This document shows, piece by piece, positions 1-12,045 of a DNA stretch of 64,000 nt. A model generated the notes under the pieces. That model saw only the letters and a program-made list of their open reading frames with translations, ran no database searches and was not told the DNA's origin. Source of the DNA: Lingula anatina (lineage: Eukaryota; Animalia; Brachiopoda). The position numbers were made by a program, and so were the translations under genes. How positions within the stretch are numbered: the stretch's first letter is position 1; each line of letters starts with the position of its first letter. The stretch spans positions 3,038,001-3,102,000 of the forward strand of contig JBPQGU010000016.1 in assembly GCA_051362555.1 (NCBI GenBank). The letters run 5' to 3'.

Positions 1-778
1 AATTTGCATTTTTTAAATCATCTTTTATTTGTTTTATACTTCTAGAAAGTGATTTTGCTAATTCTTTGATATCTTTATTTTTGTTTTTTTGTTTTCATTT
101 ATATAAATAAAAAAAATATCTACCTCTAGGTCATGGTTTCTTTCCAACATTTTCACCATATGAATGTTTTTTATAAATTGCTCTTTTTAATTCAATTGGA
201 TCATTAACAATTGTTATGTCAATTTTTTTTGGTAATTTTGTTTTACAACCTTCTTTTTTATTTTTTAAATGTTTTATTTTTTCTGTTATTTTTTCAAAAT
301 TTGATTTAATATCTTGTTTATTAAAATTATCATTTTTTTCATAACTTTCTTCACCTTTAGGTTCAATTATTTGTTTTCAACATTTTAAAAATGTTACTTT
401 ATTATTTTTTTGACAAATTTTTAATATTGCAACCCTTCTATTACCTTCTGCTACAATATATTTTGATTCTTTAGTTATTGGGTTTATTTTTTCAACAACC
501 AAAATATTATCATTTATTGAGGGTAATCAACCATCTTCATCAAAACTTGTTAATAGATCTAATAAATCATTTAATTTTCTTTCATGTATAAAAAGTTCAT
601 TTATGATATCTTGTTCTTTTTGCAAATTATAATTTTTATTTTTTTCAATTATATGATCAATAAATCTTTTTGTATCAAATTCAATATCATATGAAAACCT
701 TAAATTAGCTTCAGATAATTCTAATTTGTCTAAATCAATATCTTTTTCATTTATAAAAGTTTTTTTATTATTGTTCAT
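1..778 (-). CDS. ParB/Srx-like N-terminal domain protein, runs off the window start
   Basis: ORF 527..778 reads through TGA(Trp) into LPSINDNILVVEK...YIVAEGNRRVAILK, a ParB-like EGNRR motif. N-terminus has LELSEANLRF. Confidence 0.6.
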
Positions 779-996
779 AATAATAGCTTAATTTATTTTT
801 TTAAAAAATAAAAGCTATTTTTTTAAAAAATAAAAAAATTAAAAATAATTTTTAAAATTATTTATATTATTATGTAAATAAAAATTATTCTATTTATTAA
901 TTATTTTTAAAAAAATAAAATTAAATGATTTTAATTCTTAAAAAAAACAATAAAATATCTTTATATACTAATTTTTAAAGAGGAGTGAGTAAAAAA

Positions 997-1308
997 ATGT
1001 CATTATTAAATATTAATAAAACTTTAAGTGAAGTAGACAAAGTAGATTTAAATAATTTAGATAGTAAGGTAACAAATACAATTATTATTGTTTTAGTTGT
1101 TGTTGTTATTTTGTGGATTATATCTTTGAAACTTTCATGAGATGGAGGTAGAGATTTTTATAAAAATGGTTCAGTTTGAAAAATTATACTTGGATTTTTC
1201 TTATCTGGTGGATTATTTGGATTACTTTTGGCTTTTTTATCTTACAAAAAAGCAGAAAGAAAAGCAAGAATTAAAAAAGAAAAAGAATTAGAAGAAAAAA
1301 TTAAATAA
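997..1308 (+). CDS. small membrane protein (103 aa), paralog of 10091..10402
   Basis: AGGAG RBS and ATG at 997. Hydrophobic segments and motif WIISLKLSWDGGRDFYKNGSVWKI. TAA at 1306-1308. Confidence 0.8.
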
Positions 1309-1346
1309 AAAAGAAAAAAAATTAAATTGAAGAGAATAAAAATTAT

Positions 1347-1865
1347 TTAATTCAAATTTATTTTACTTAGTTGTTCTTTTAAGGTTTTTATTTGTTCTTC
1401 TTTATTTTGAATTCATTTATAATTTCTGGAAATAAAGTCTTTTAATTTTATTTCTTTTATATTTTGTATTTGATTAATTATATTTTTGATATTAAATTTT
1501 TGTATTACATTTGTAATTGCTTTTAAATTTTGAATTTTTATATTTTTAATTTTAAAAATATTTTTAAAATCTATTCTTGTTTTTGTATGTGGAAATTTTT
1601 CAAAATGTGTAATACTTGGATCAATTAAAATAGTTTGTTTTTCTTTACATAGAGAAATGTTTGTTGTTAAATATGTTGGTTTATTAATTAATTTTTCTTT
1701 TTTTTCATTGAAATGATTACAAAAACCAATATAAAAATAATTTTTATCTTTATGTAATACACAACAATAATGTAATGTATGATCTTTTTTAGTTTTTGGA
1801 TCAATGACATAAAAAGAAAATAGTCCAATAAAACTTCCAATTTTTATTTTTTTATTTATTCTCAT
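1347..1865 (-). CDS. putative toxin, weakly PemK/MazF-like, of a Panacea TA pair
   Basis: Reads through TGA at 1413 to TAA at 1347. Start overlaps the end of the antitoxin frame. N-terminus KIGSFIGLFSFY...HYCCVL..FYIG parallels the toxin at 19307. Confidence 0.5.
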
Positions 1866-2389
1866 CAAATATTTGAATAAATTTCATCATATTCATTAAT
1901 GAATTTTTCTAAATTCATTTTGTTGTCTGTTTTTAATGTTTTTATTTTTGAATATGCTTTAATTCATGCAGGATCAGAATGCGATATTTCAATTAATCTA
2001 TATGGTTAAACATCTTTAAAAATTTTTACAAATTTTTTTATAATTTTAGTTTGATCTTTATATTTTTTTTCAATTTCTTTTTTTAATTTTGATTCATTAT
2101 TTTCATTTATTTTATTGAATCAATTTGAACAATTTTTTCATGCTTTAACAACAACACCACCATTTAAAAAACAAATAATATCTTCTGAAAATATTTTTTT
2201 ACCTGTTTCTATAAGATGAAATATTTGTAATAAATGTAAGTATTTATTTAAAATAATATTTCTTACAGTAGGACTATAACGTGTATTATTTTTGCAATTT
2301 GTATTTATATTTGCTTCAAATAAATTTTCATCTTGAAGTCTTTTTTTGTCTAATAAATAAAGATATTGACAAATTTTCTTTAATTCCAT
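1856..2389 (-). pseudogene. Panacea/DUF4065 (SocA-like) antitoxin with an in-frame TAA at 2006-2008
   Basis: ILNKYLHLLQ...GKKIFSEDIICFLNGGVV..W and, after the stop in the same frame, LIEISHSDPAW match the DUF4065 motifs (LQKLLY...LF.e.i.AW..GPV; L...tH...pW). Confidence 0.7.
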
Positions 2390-2416
2390 AATATGTTAAC
2401 TCTTTTCTTTTTTATA

Positions 2417-4339
2417 CTATTTATTTTTTAAAAATTCTAATAATTTTATTTTTAATTCATTTTTTGTTTCATTAGATTTATTTTGTTCATATGAAACCTC
2501 AATGTTTTCTTCAAAAGCATAATAAGAACAATTATTTTTATTTATAAAATTTAAAATCTTTTTATTTTCTTTTTCATGATCTATATTTAATGAACAACGT
2601 AAACTTTCGCATTTTTTATTTTTATTTTTTTTATTAGTTTTAGTATCTTTATCAAATAAAACAAAAATATTTTTTGATTTTGTTTTTAATATTTTTAAAG
2701 CTTTTATTATATTAGTTTTACAAAATGTTGGTAAAATCATATAACTTGTTGATATATTCTTTTCATCTTTTAATATTTCATCAGTAATTTCTTCAAGACA
2801 TTTAATATCTTTTTCTCCTTCACAAATAATAATTTTTTCATAAAAAAAAGATCTTATAATTTGTTGTTTTGTTGTTCAATTACTACTATTTATTTTATTA
2901 ATGTTTTCATTTTTAAAATAACCCATACCTTCTTTTTCATTTGGTATTTTAAAGTCTATATTTTTAAAATTTAACATATCATTTGTTAGATTGGTTGAAT
3001 GTGTTGCTAAAAATATTCTTAAATAAGAAATTTTTAATAATTTATTTAATTCTATTGATAATCTTTTTAATAAAACATTATCTAAACTTGTTTCTGGTTC
3101 ATCAATTATTAAAACAATTTTTTTATCTATTTTTTCATAAATTTCTTTAATAATATTTATTAATAAAATTATTATAAAAAGTCATGCTTTACCAGTTCCA
3201 AAAAAATTAATTTTTTTAATATTTTTAAAATTTATTTTAAATATATTTTTAAACTCATTTTTTTCTTTTGCAAGTTTTTTAATTTTTGCTTCTTTTTTAT
3301 TTTTTTTGTTTATTAATTTGTTTTTTTCTTTTTTATTAATTTTTTCTTCTTTTTGTTTTTTTAATTCTAGTAACCTTTCATTATCTTTATATGAAAAAAC
3401 ATTTTGAGAACAAGAGTAATTGTAATATTTTTTTTCTTTTTTTATTCATATATTTATACTTTTTTTAAAATCAATTTTTTCTTTGTATTTAAATTTATTT
3501 CAATTAAATGAAAATGGATTTGCAATACTTTTATTTTTTTTAATATTAAAACAATCTTTAATTTCTGGTACATTTATTGTATTTTGTCAAATTTTTTCAA
3601 AATTCATTTCTTGACTTATTTCATATTTTTTTCTTCAATTTAAAATTATTTTTTGTTTAATTTCTTTTTCTTTTTCTTTATTTATATTTTTATTTGAAAA
3701 ATTATTTATTTTATAATATGGATTTTCTAACATAAAAAAATATTGAATTTTATTAACTAGAAATGTTCAAAAATAATTTTTTTGTTTTTTAAATTCTTTT
3801 TCAAAATTTTTAAATTTTGTTATTTTTAAAAAAATTGCATCATTAAAAAATTGATAAATACTACTATAATTTTCTTCTGTATATTCTTTTATTCTTTCTA
3901 ATTCTTTACTTTTTCCTCAACCGTTTGGACCAATATATATTGATGATTTTTTAATTAAATTCATTTCACTTTCATAAAAGTAATTAGAATCTTTTAATAA
4001 TTTTCTATTTATTATATTTTTGTTTTTATAATATTCATAAAATTTTCTAATAATTACAGAAATTAATATGTCTGATTGTCCAAAATCATAAATTACAAAA
4101 TTTATTTTTTCATTTCCAATTTTAATAATTTCAAGAAATTTATTTTTTCCAAATGTTTTTACTAGATATTCAATACCTTCGCCTAATTTAAATCCTTTGT
4201 GTAAATGATTTATGTTGTATTTATGTTTGTTATTTATTTTTTTAGATTCATTATTAATATAATTGAAAATAATACATACTTCATCTCTTGAAATTATTTT
4301 TAAGATAATTGATATACATTTTTTGATAATAGAATTCAT
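2417..4339 (-). CDS. OLD-family-like ATP-dependent nuclease (ABC ATPase + TOPRIM), 640 aa
   Basis: One continuous frame with TGA=Trp. Walker A GPNGWGKS, GTG signature, Walker B LIIDEPE, H-loop ATHS, TOPRIM FFYEKIIICEGEKD and LFDKD. Confidence 0.85.
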
Positions 4340-4393
4340 TTATTTTTATTTTAAATAATATTTTTTTATTTTTTAAAATAGAATTATTAATAT

Positions 4394-5242
4394 ATGAGTG
4401 ATTTAATTTTAGGAAGTCAAACAAGTTTAAAGAAACCTAAATATTTAGAAGGTGTTATTGAACAAGTAAAAGAATTTGGTGGTAATGCAATGATGTTTTT
4501 TATTGGTACACCTCAAACATTTAAACAACAACCAAAAGAAAATTTAGATAAAAAATTATTTCATAAATTATTAAAAGAAAATAATTTTGATATTAATAAT
4601 GTTTATATACATGCATCATATTTAGTTAATTTTGGTAATACAAATAATAAAAATGTTTTTTCAACATCAATTGAAATTTTAGATGCTATTTGTAGTAATG
4701 CAAATTATATTAAAGTAAAAAATATAATACTTCATCCTGGTTCAGCAGTTAGTGCAACAAAAAATGAATCATTAAAATCATTAATTAAAGGAATAGATCA
4801 TATACTTAATATTTATAAAGATATAAAAATTCATTTAGAAACTATGTCAGGAAAAGGTAGTGAAATTGGTTCTACTTTTGAAGAATTAAAATATGTTATT
4901 GATAATTCTAAATTTTCAGATCGAATTTTTGTATGTTTTGATATATGTCATCTTTTTGCATCTGGCTATGATGTTAAAAATAATTTTGATGATGTATTAA
5001 ATCAATTTGATCAAATAATAGGATTAGATAAATTAAAAGTTTTACATTTAAATGATAGTTTAAAACCATTTAATAGTAAAAGAGATAGACATGCAAATAT
5101 TGGAAAAGGTTTAATTGGTTTAAAAGCATTAAAAAATATAGTACATCATCCTAAATTAAAAAATGTAGTCAAATTATTAGAAACCCCATATATAAATGGT
5201 AAACCACCATATAAAGAAGAAATTAGAATGTTAAATAAATAA
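4394..5242 (+). CDS. nfo: endonuclease IV (AP endonuclease)
   Basis: HASYLVN, HPG, LETMSGKGSEIG, CFDICH, HLNDS, DRHANIG and LETP motifs. Confidence 0.97.
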   Translation: MSDLILGSQTSLKKPKYLEGVIEQVKEFGGNAMMFFIGTPQTFKQQPKENLDKKLFHKLLKENNFDINNVYIHASYLVNFGNTNNKNVFSTSIEILDAICSNANYIKVKNIILHPGSAVSATKNESLKSLIKGIDHILNIYKDIKIHLETMSGKGSEIGSTFEELKYVIDNSKFSDRIFVCFDICHLFASGYDVKNNFDDVLNQFDQIIGLDKLKVLHLNDSLKPFNSKRDRHANIGKGLIGLKALKNIVHHPKLKNVVKLLETPYINGKPPYKEEIRMLNK

Positions 5243-5303
5243 TATTAATAAATTAAATTTTATATTTTTTGTTTAAAAATATAAAATAAAATAAATAAAT
5301 TAT

Positions 5304-6662
5304 ATGAAAAATAAAACAAATATTAAGAAAAATGGTGAAATTTTTACACCAAAATATATAGTAAAAGAAATATTAGAAATGTCATCTTATAATTCTTTTG
5401 AAAGAGTTTTGAAAAAACATGTTATTGATAATAGTGCTGGTGAAGGGTCATTTATAATTGAAATAATAGATTTGTATTGTACTTTGTTTTTAAAACAAAA
5501 TAATGATTTAACATTATTAAAAAAACATTTGGAAACATATATACATGCAATAGAATTAAAAAAAAATAATTTTAATTTATTGATTAAAAATGCTAATTTA
5601 GTTGTTGAAAAATATAATTTATCAAATATTAATTGAGATTTTGTAAATGGGAATGCCTTATATATTAAAAGTTTTAATAAAAAAATGGATTATGTTTTTG
5701 GTAATCCACCATATGTTAGAATTCATAATTTGAATAAAAAAGATCTAAAAACATTAAAAAAAATGTCTTTTTTTAATGGAGGAATGATTGATTTATATAT
5801 TGGATTTTTTGAAATTGGAATAAATATGCTTAATGATAATGGAATATTAGGTTATATTACTCCAAGTAGTTTTTTTTTTAGTAAATCAGGTAGTGGATTG
5901 AGGGATTTTTTTATGAATACTAAAAAATTAAAAATAATAAAAGATTATGCTCATTCAAAAATATTCAAAAATATTTCTACTTATAATGCAATTACAATTT
6001 TTGATAAAAAATATACAAAAAAATATTTTATTTTAAAAGAATTTGATAATAAAGAAAAAAAAATTATATTTAATAAAAATTTTATTTATAATTTTTATTT
6101 TAATTTACAAAATAAAAATTATAATTTCAAAAATAAAAAAATCATAGCAAAAAATGGGGTCGCTACATTAAATGATAAAATTTTTGTTTCTAATTCATCA
6201 TGTTTTTTAGAAAAATATAATAAATTAAAAATTTATAAAGCTTCTTCAAATGAAATGAAAGAAATTATTTTTCCTTACCATAATGCAAAAGTGATAAATT
6301 TTAAAGATTTAAATGAAGTAACAAAAAAATACCTTTTAAAGCATAAATCTAAACTTCAAAAAAAAGAAAAAAAGAACTGATATGAATTTGGAAGGACACA
6401 ATCACTTAAAGATGTTAAATATAAAAAATATGGAATTTCTACATTAATTTCTGAAAATAAACAAATTAATATTAAATTATTAAATAAAAATACATGTATT
6501 TTAAGTGGATTTTATTTATTAAATGCTACTTATAAAGATATAATTAAATTAAGAACAAAAAAATTTTTCAATTATGTTAAATCATTAAGAAAATATAAAA
6601 ATGGAAAATATTACACTTTTAATACAAGTGATTTGGAGTTTTTTTTAAATAAAAAATGATAA
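5304..6662 (+). CDS. N6-adenine DNA methyltransferase (gamma class, TaqI/Eco57I-like)
   Basis: GEIFTP, DNSAGEGSF, GNPPY, DLYIGF and WYEFGRTQ in one frame through TGA codons. TAA at 6660-6662. Confidence 0.9.
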
Positions 6663-7375
6663 ATACAAATGATATTTTTTTAAAACAATTATCAAGATCT
6701 TTTTATGAATATTTGGTATCTGGTTCACGTTCAAATAAAAAATTAAAAATTTTACATGGTTTTATAAGAGAGAAAATTCAAGAAAAATTAGGTAATGAAT
6801 ATAAAGTATTTTCTTTGAACGAATCTTCTAATGATTTAAAAGAAAAAATAATAAATGGTAGATATTATGACAAAAAAGTAGATATATGTATTGAAAAAAA
6901 TGAAAAAATTTTATGTTGTATTTCAGTTAAATTTGTTATGCAAAATTATTTACAAAATTCAAATAATTATTTTGAAAATTTATTAGGTGAAGTTGCAAAT
7001 TTAAGAAGTAATCAAATTTCATATTTTCATATTTTTATAATATTTGATAATTTACCATATTTTAAAAAAACAAATGGTGATGAGATTAAAAAATTTGAAA
7101 AAATAGAATTGAAAAATTTAAAAAAATATATTAAATTATCACAAGATGATCCTAAAATTTTTTATCATACACCTGAAAAAATTTTATTTGTTTTATTAGA
7201 AAAAACAAAAAACAAAAATATAAAAAACAAAAAAGATTATATTGATTTTTATAAAAAAAATAAAAATCTTAAATATTCTAAAAAAATTAATATTAAATTA
7301 AATTCTTCATTATTGATATTCAATGATTTAAATCTTTTTTTAAAAAAACTTTATCATTTTATAAATTTTAAATAA
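6656..7375 (+). CDS. putative type II restriction endonuclease
   Basis: Overlaps the MTase end. PD-(D/E)XK-like KVDI...ISVKF followed by QNSNNYFENLLGE. Confidence 0.75.
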   Translation: MINTNDIFLKQLSRSFYEYLVSGSRSNKKLKILHGFIREKIQEKLGNEYKVFSLNESSNDLKEKIINGRYYDKKVDICIEKNEKILCCISVKFVMQNYLQNSNNYFENLLGEVANLRSNQISYFHIFIIFDNLPYFKKTNGDEIKKFEKIELKNLKKYIKLSQDDPKIFYHTPEKILFVLLEKTKNKNIKNKKDYIDFYKKNKNLKYSKKINIKLNSSLLIFNDLNLFLKKLYHFINFK

Positions 7376-7399
7376 TTTTTTTAGTTTTTTAAAAAATAT

Positions 7400-7682
7400 A
7401 AATTATATTAAAAATAATTTTAATAATTTATTAAATTAATTTGATCAAATCATATGATTAGATAAATTAAAAGTTTTACATTTAAATGATAGTTTAAAAC
7501 CATTTAATAGTAAAAGAGATAGACATGCAAATATTGGAAAAGACTTAATAATTGGTTTAAAAGCATTAAAAAATATAGTACATCATCCTAAATTAAAAAG
7601 TGTAGTCAAATTATTAGAAACCCCATATATAAATGGTAAACCACCATATAAAGAAGAAATTAGAATGTTAATTAAGTAATAT
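7400..7682 (+). pseudogene. nfo: duplicated 3' end of nfo (copy 2)
   Basis: 7456-7542 is identical to 5022-5108, and the rest is near-identical to the nfo end. The 5' part (7400-7455) is eroded. Confidence 0.93.
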
Positions 7683-9254
7683 TTATTTTTTATTTTTTAA
7701 TAAAGTGGAAATTGTTATTATATTTATTTCAGATGTTTTTAAATCTGTAAATTTATTATTTTTTAATAAAACAACTCTACTACAAATTTTTTGTAAAACA
7801 TATATATCATGTGTTATTAGTATGCAAGCTTTGTTTTTGTTTTTAAAATATTCTTTTAAAAAATTTAAAATATTAAATTTAAATTTAATATCCAAATTAT
7901 TTGTAAATTCATCTAAAAATAAAATATTTGGTTTTTTCATTATAGAAATAAAAAATGAAAATCTTTGTTTTTCACCACCAGACATTTTAGATATTTTTTT
8001 ATTAAATATTGTTTCAATTTCTAATATATTTTTTAATTTATTTATAAAATTTTTATCACTATTTTTATCTATTAATGAATTTAATACATCTTTTACTTTT
8101 AATTCTTTTAAATAATCAATTTCTTGTAATAAAAAATCTATATTTTCAAATTGATTTTTTTTATATTTAAAATTGTAATTTATTATTCCATCATCTGCAT
8201 TTCCTAAACCTATAATTGATTTAAAAAATGTTGTTTTTCCAACACCATTTTTTCCAAGAATTCCAATAATTTCACTTTTATTTATTGAAAATGAAAGATC
8301 TTTAAATATTATTTGTTTTTTAAATGTTTTAGATAAATTTTTAATTTCTATTAAACTGTTTGAATTTGTATTTAAAATGTTTGTTCTTTTAAAATTGTTT
8401 TTAAATATATTTTTTGAATCAAAATCTAATTCTATTTTTTTAAGTATTGTAAATGGTAATGTTAATAAAATAAATAGAATAGGTATTATAATATTTAACA
8501 TTTTTATTTCTTTTTTAAATAAAATTTCAAATTTTTTTGTATTTAAATTAAAAAAAACAGAATCTTTTGTAAAATCAAAAATACCACCACCATTAATATT
8601 AATTATTTTTGAACCATTTGCATTTAATGAATTTAAAAATAAATTACCTACATATTTTAATGGATGTATGTAACTTATTTCATTTATAAATTTTATTTTA
8701 GTGCTTGGTAAAAAACTTAATGTAACAACTCCTAATGAAATTCCAAATATTATTGTTGATAATAATGAAAATATATTAATATTTTTCATATATAAATATA
8801 ATAATTGTCCAATTAATAAACAAATTATATTAAAAATTATTAATGAATATAAAAATTCAAATATATTAATTTTTTTAAAAAATATATTTATTTGTTCTAT
8901 ATTTTTTAAATAAATTAATAAAGAAATACCAAATAAAATGAAAAAAAATACTAAATTAAAAATAAAAAAATAAATAATTGGTAAAAAATTTTTAATTCTT
9001 GTTTTTTTAATTAAAAAAAATTTTTTAATAAATGATGATTTTTTTATTAAAAAAATAAAACCTGGCATTGTTCCTATAGAAGAATTAATTATAAAATAAT
9101 AAATTAAAGATTGAATAACAATATCAATAGGTAAATTAATAATTGGAAATACAATTATTAAAATTGATGGCAAAATAATTCAAAACAATAAACTAAATCA
9201 TCCAGATCAAGTTTTAAAAATATAATTTTTTAATATTTTTAATAGTAAATTCAT
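7683..9254 (-). CDS. fused ABC-2-type permease + ATP-binding protein (exporter)
   Basis: N-terminal transmembrane segments, then GKNGVGKT, MSGGEKQR, LFLDE and ITHD. Start extended to ATG at 9254 through TGA codons. Confidence 0.88.
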
Positions 9255-9439
9255 ATTTATTTTTTGTTATTTCATAATTATTTTATAATTTATGATATAA
9301 ATATTTTTATTTTTTAAATTTAAAAAATAAATTTGTATTTTTAAAATTAATTGAAGTTTTAATTTAAATTTTTAAAAATTTAAATTATATTTCAATAAAT
9401 CATATTATTATTTATATAGATTCTTTACTTATTATTAAA

Positions 9440-9910
9440 TAAAAAAAACTAATTATTAAATTTATTAATTGATTGAATATATAAAATATTTTAATTATAT
9501 AAAAATATAAATTATTAATTTAGTAACTAGGTATTGAAATATATTCTAATTAAAAAAATATTATTTATAATTTTAAATTTAAAAATAGAATTTTTGTTTG
9601 TTTTTATATATTTAAATTTTTTTAAATTTGGTTATGATATTAAACATAATTTAAATTATTTTTAAAATTAATTTGATCCAATAATAATATTATATAAATG
9701 AAAAATTTTAAATTTAAATGATATTTTAAAAGAGCTAGAAAATAAAAGATATAGACATGCAAATATCAAAAAAGACTTAATTGGTTAAAAAAATTAAAGA
9801 ATATATTAAACATTTTAAATTAAAAAATTTATTTAAATTATTAGAAAAAAAATATATAAATAGTAAATTACAATATAAAAAAAATTAAATTATTAAAAAA
9901 AATAAATATC
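9440..9910 (+). pseudogene. nfo: heavily decayed nfo fragment (copy 3)
   Basis: Collinear with nfo ~4760-5245: gaatttttgtttgtttt, ggttatgatattaaa, aatttgatc, atagacatgcaaatat, aaattattagaaa. Most G/C have become A/T. Confidence 0.8.
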
Positions 9911-10090
9911 ATTTTTTAAATAAAATATTTTAATTTAAAATTATTTTTTGTTGTTTTATAAACATAAAAAAATATATAAAGTTAAATATATAAATTTATT
10001 TTTTTATTAAAAGTATAAAAAAAACAAAAAAAACAAAAAAAATAATAAAATATTTTATATAATATTAATTTTTAAAAGAAAGGAAAAAAA

Positions 10091-10402
10091 ATGTTTTTAA
10101 ATATTAGTGATACAATTGACATTGAAAAATTATTTGGATTATCTGATTATAATACTTCAATAGCAATTTTAATTTCTATTGTTGTATTATTGTTTATTTT
10201 ATGAATAATATCTTTAAAACTTTCATGAGATGGAGGTAGAGATTTTTATAAAAAAGGTTCAGTTTGAAAGATTATAGTTGGATTTATATTTGGAGGACAA
10301 TTATTAGGTTTATTTTTAGCTTATTTATCATATAAAAAAACTAAAAGAAAAGATGAATTAAAAAAAGAAAATAAACGTAATAAAAATAAAATTATTTCAT
10401 AA
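10091..10402 (+). CDS. small membrane protein (103 aa), paralog of 997..1308
   Basis: AAGGA RBS. Motif WIISLKLSWDGGRDFYKKGSVWKI. Confidence 0.8.
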
Positions 10403-10506
10403 AAACAGTAACTTTTTATTTTTATATTTGTTTTTATTTTTTAATAAATTTTAAATAATATTTTCATTTTTTATTATAAAAAAAGTAAAATATTTAAAAT
10501 ATACAA

Positions 10507-10899
10507 ATGATTTCAAGATACAATCAAAGATTTTCAATTATTAATTTTTTTTATCATCATTTTGTAATGGATTATAAAATTTTAGATACAAAACAATTTT
10601 GATTGAGAAAAAAGAATTTTGATCAATGACAAATACAAATTTTTAAATTTATATTTAATAATTATGATGATTTAATTCAAAGAGTTAAAGATAATTTAGA
10701 TGAAAAATGAAAATTTGAAGAAATTTCAAATTTTGAAAAAAGTATTTTATTAGTTGCTTCAGCAGAATATTTTTCAAAAATAACTCCAATTGAAGTTGTT
10801 ATTAGTGAAGCAGTTAAAATGACCAAAAAATATTCAGGTATTAAAAATTATAAATATATAAATAATGTTTTAGATAATATGTTTAAAAAAGAATTATAA
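10507..10899 (+). CDS. nusB: transcription antitermination factor NusB
   Basis: SRYNQR, WKFEEISNFEKSILLVASAE, PIEVVISEAVKMTKKYS and YKYINNVLD. Confidence 0.88.
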
Positions 10900-11022
10900 T
10901 GTATAAAATTTAATCTTTTATTAAATATTTTTAATTATATTGTTATTTTTTTAACTATAATTTAAATATATATTTTTCAAATATAAAATAATTATAATTA
11001 AATAAATATATCTTTTTAAATA

Positions 11023-12042
11023 ATGAAAACAATAAAAAACATTCAAAATAAAAATATTAATTTTAATTTAGAAAATATAATTTTAAAAAAAACATTAGGT
11101 TCTTTTTTTACAAAAAAATCTCCATTTTATTTAAAACAATTTGAGAACTGGTTAGAATTATTTTTAAATAAAAATCCAATTATTTTAGAACCATTTGCTG
11201 GTTCTAATGATATTCCTAATTTAATAAAAAAAGAGTATCCAGAAAAAAAAATTTTTTTTAAATCTTTTGATATAAATCCAAAAGATAAAAATGTTTTTTA
11301 TATGGATACAATTAAAAATTTTCCTAAAAATTTTTTTTCAGTTATAACTAATCCACCATGATTAGCAAAAAATTCTGCAAAAAAAAATAATTTATTTTTT
11401 GATAAAAATTATAATTTTGATGATTTATATAAAGTTTGTGTTGATTTAATATTAAAAAATACAAAATATTCTGCTATTATTCTTCCTGCAAGTTTTATTA
11501 ATCAAAAAAAATTTAAAGAAAGATTAATTAGTTATACACTTCTTCCATATAAATTATTTTTAGATACTGAAAATCCTGTTTGTTTAGTTTTATTTGGTCC
11601 ATATAAAAGAAAAGATTTTGATATTTTTTTAAATGAAAAAAAAATAGGTACAAATAATGATTTGAAAAAAAAAATGTTTAAAATATTGAAACCAAAAAAA
11701 GAAAATTTAGATTTGATCATCAAGTTTAATTCCAAGAATGGTAATTTGGGTTTAATAGCTATAGATTCAATAAAAGAAGAAAATATAAAGTTTGTTAGTC
11801 CTAATATTATTTCAAGTACAAAAATAAAACACACTTCAAGACATAAAACAAAGATTTTTATAAATAAAAAAATTACAAGTAAAAAAATAATAGAACTAAA
11901 TAATAAGATTAATGAAATAAGAAACATAACATTTGATGTATTTTTGTCACCATTTAAAGGTTTGATAAAAACAAAAAAGAATAAGTATAGAAGAAGAATA
12001 ACATTTAAATTGATAAGTGAAATTATTAAAAGTACAGTTTAA
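11023..12042 (+). CDS. amino (N6-adenine type) DNA methyltransferase
   Basis: LEPFAGS motif I, VITNPPW motif IV (W encoded by TGA), DLYK and IILPASF. Confidence 0.85.
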
Positions 12043-12045
12043 TTA

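Noticed and set aside
2417-4339. Calling the OLD-like gene Gabija, Septu or PARIS
   Set aside because: No UvrD helicase, HNH partner or separate AriB gene is adjacent. Only the ATPase-TOPRIM architecture is supported.
7705-8913. Plus-strand hydrophobic ORFs overlapping the ABC exporter, and similar antisense ORFs at 11532, 22441, 31638, 52518 and 53977
   Set aside because: They are antisense shadows of well-supported genes in AT-rich DNA.
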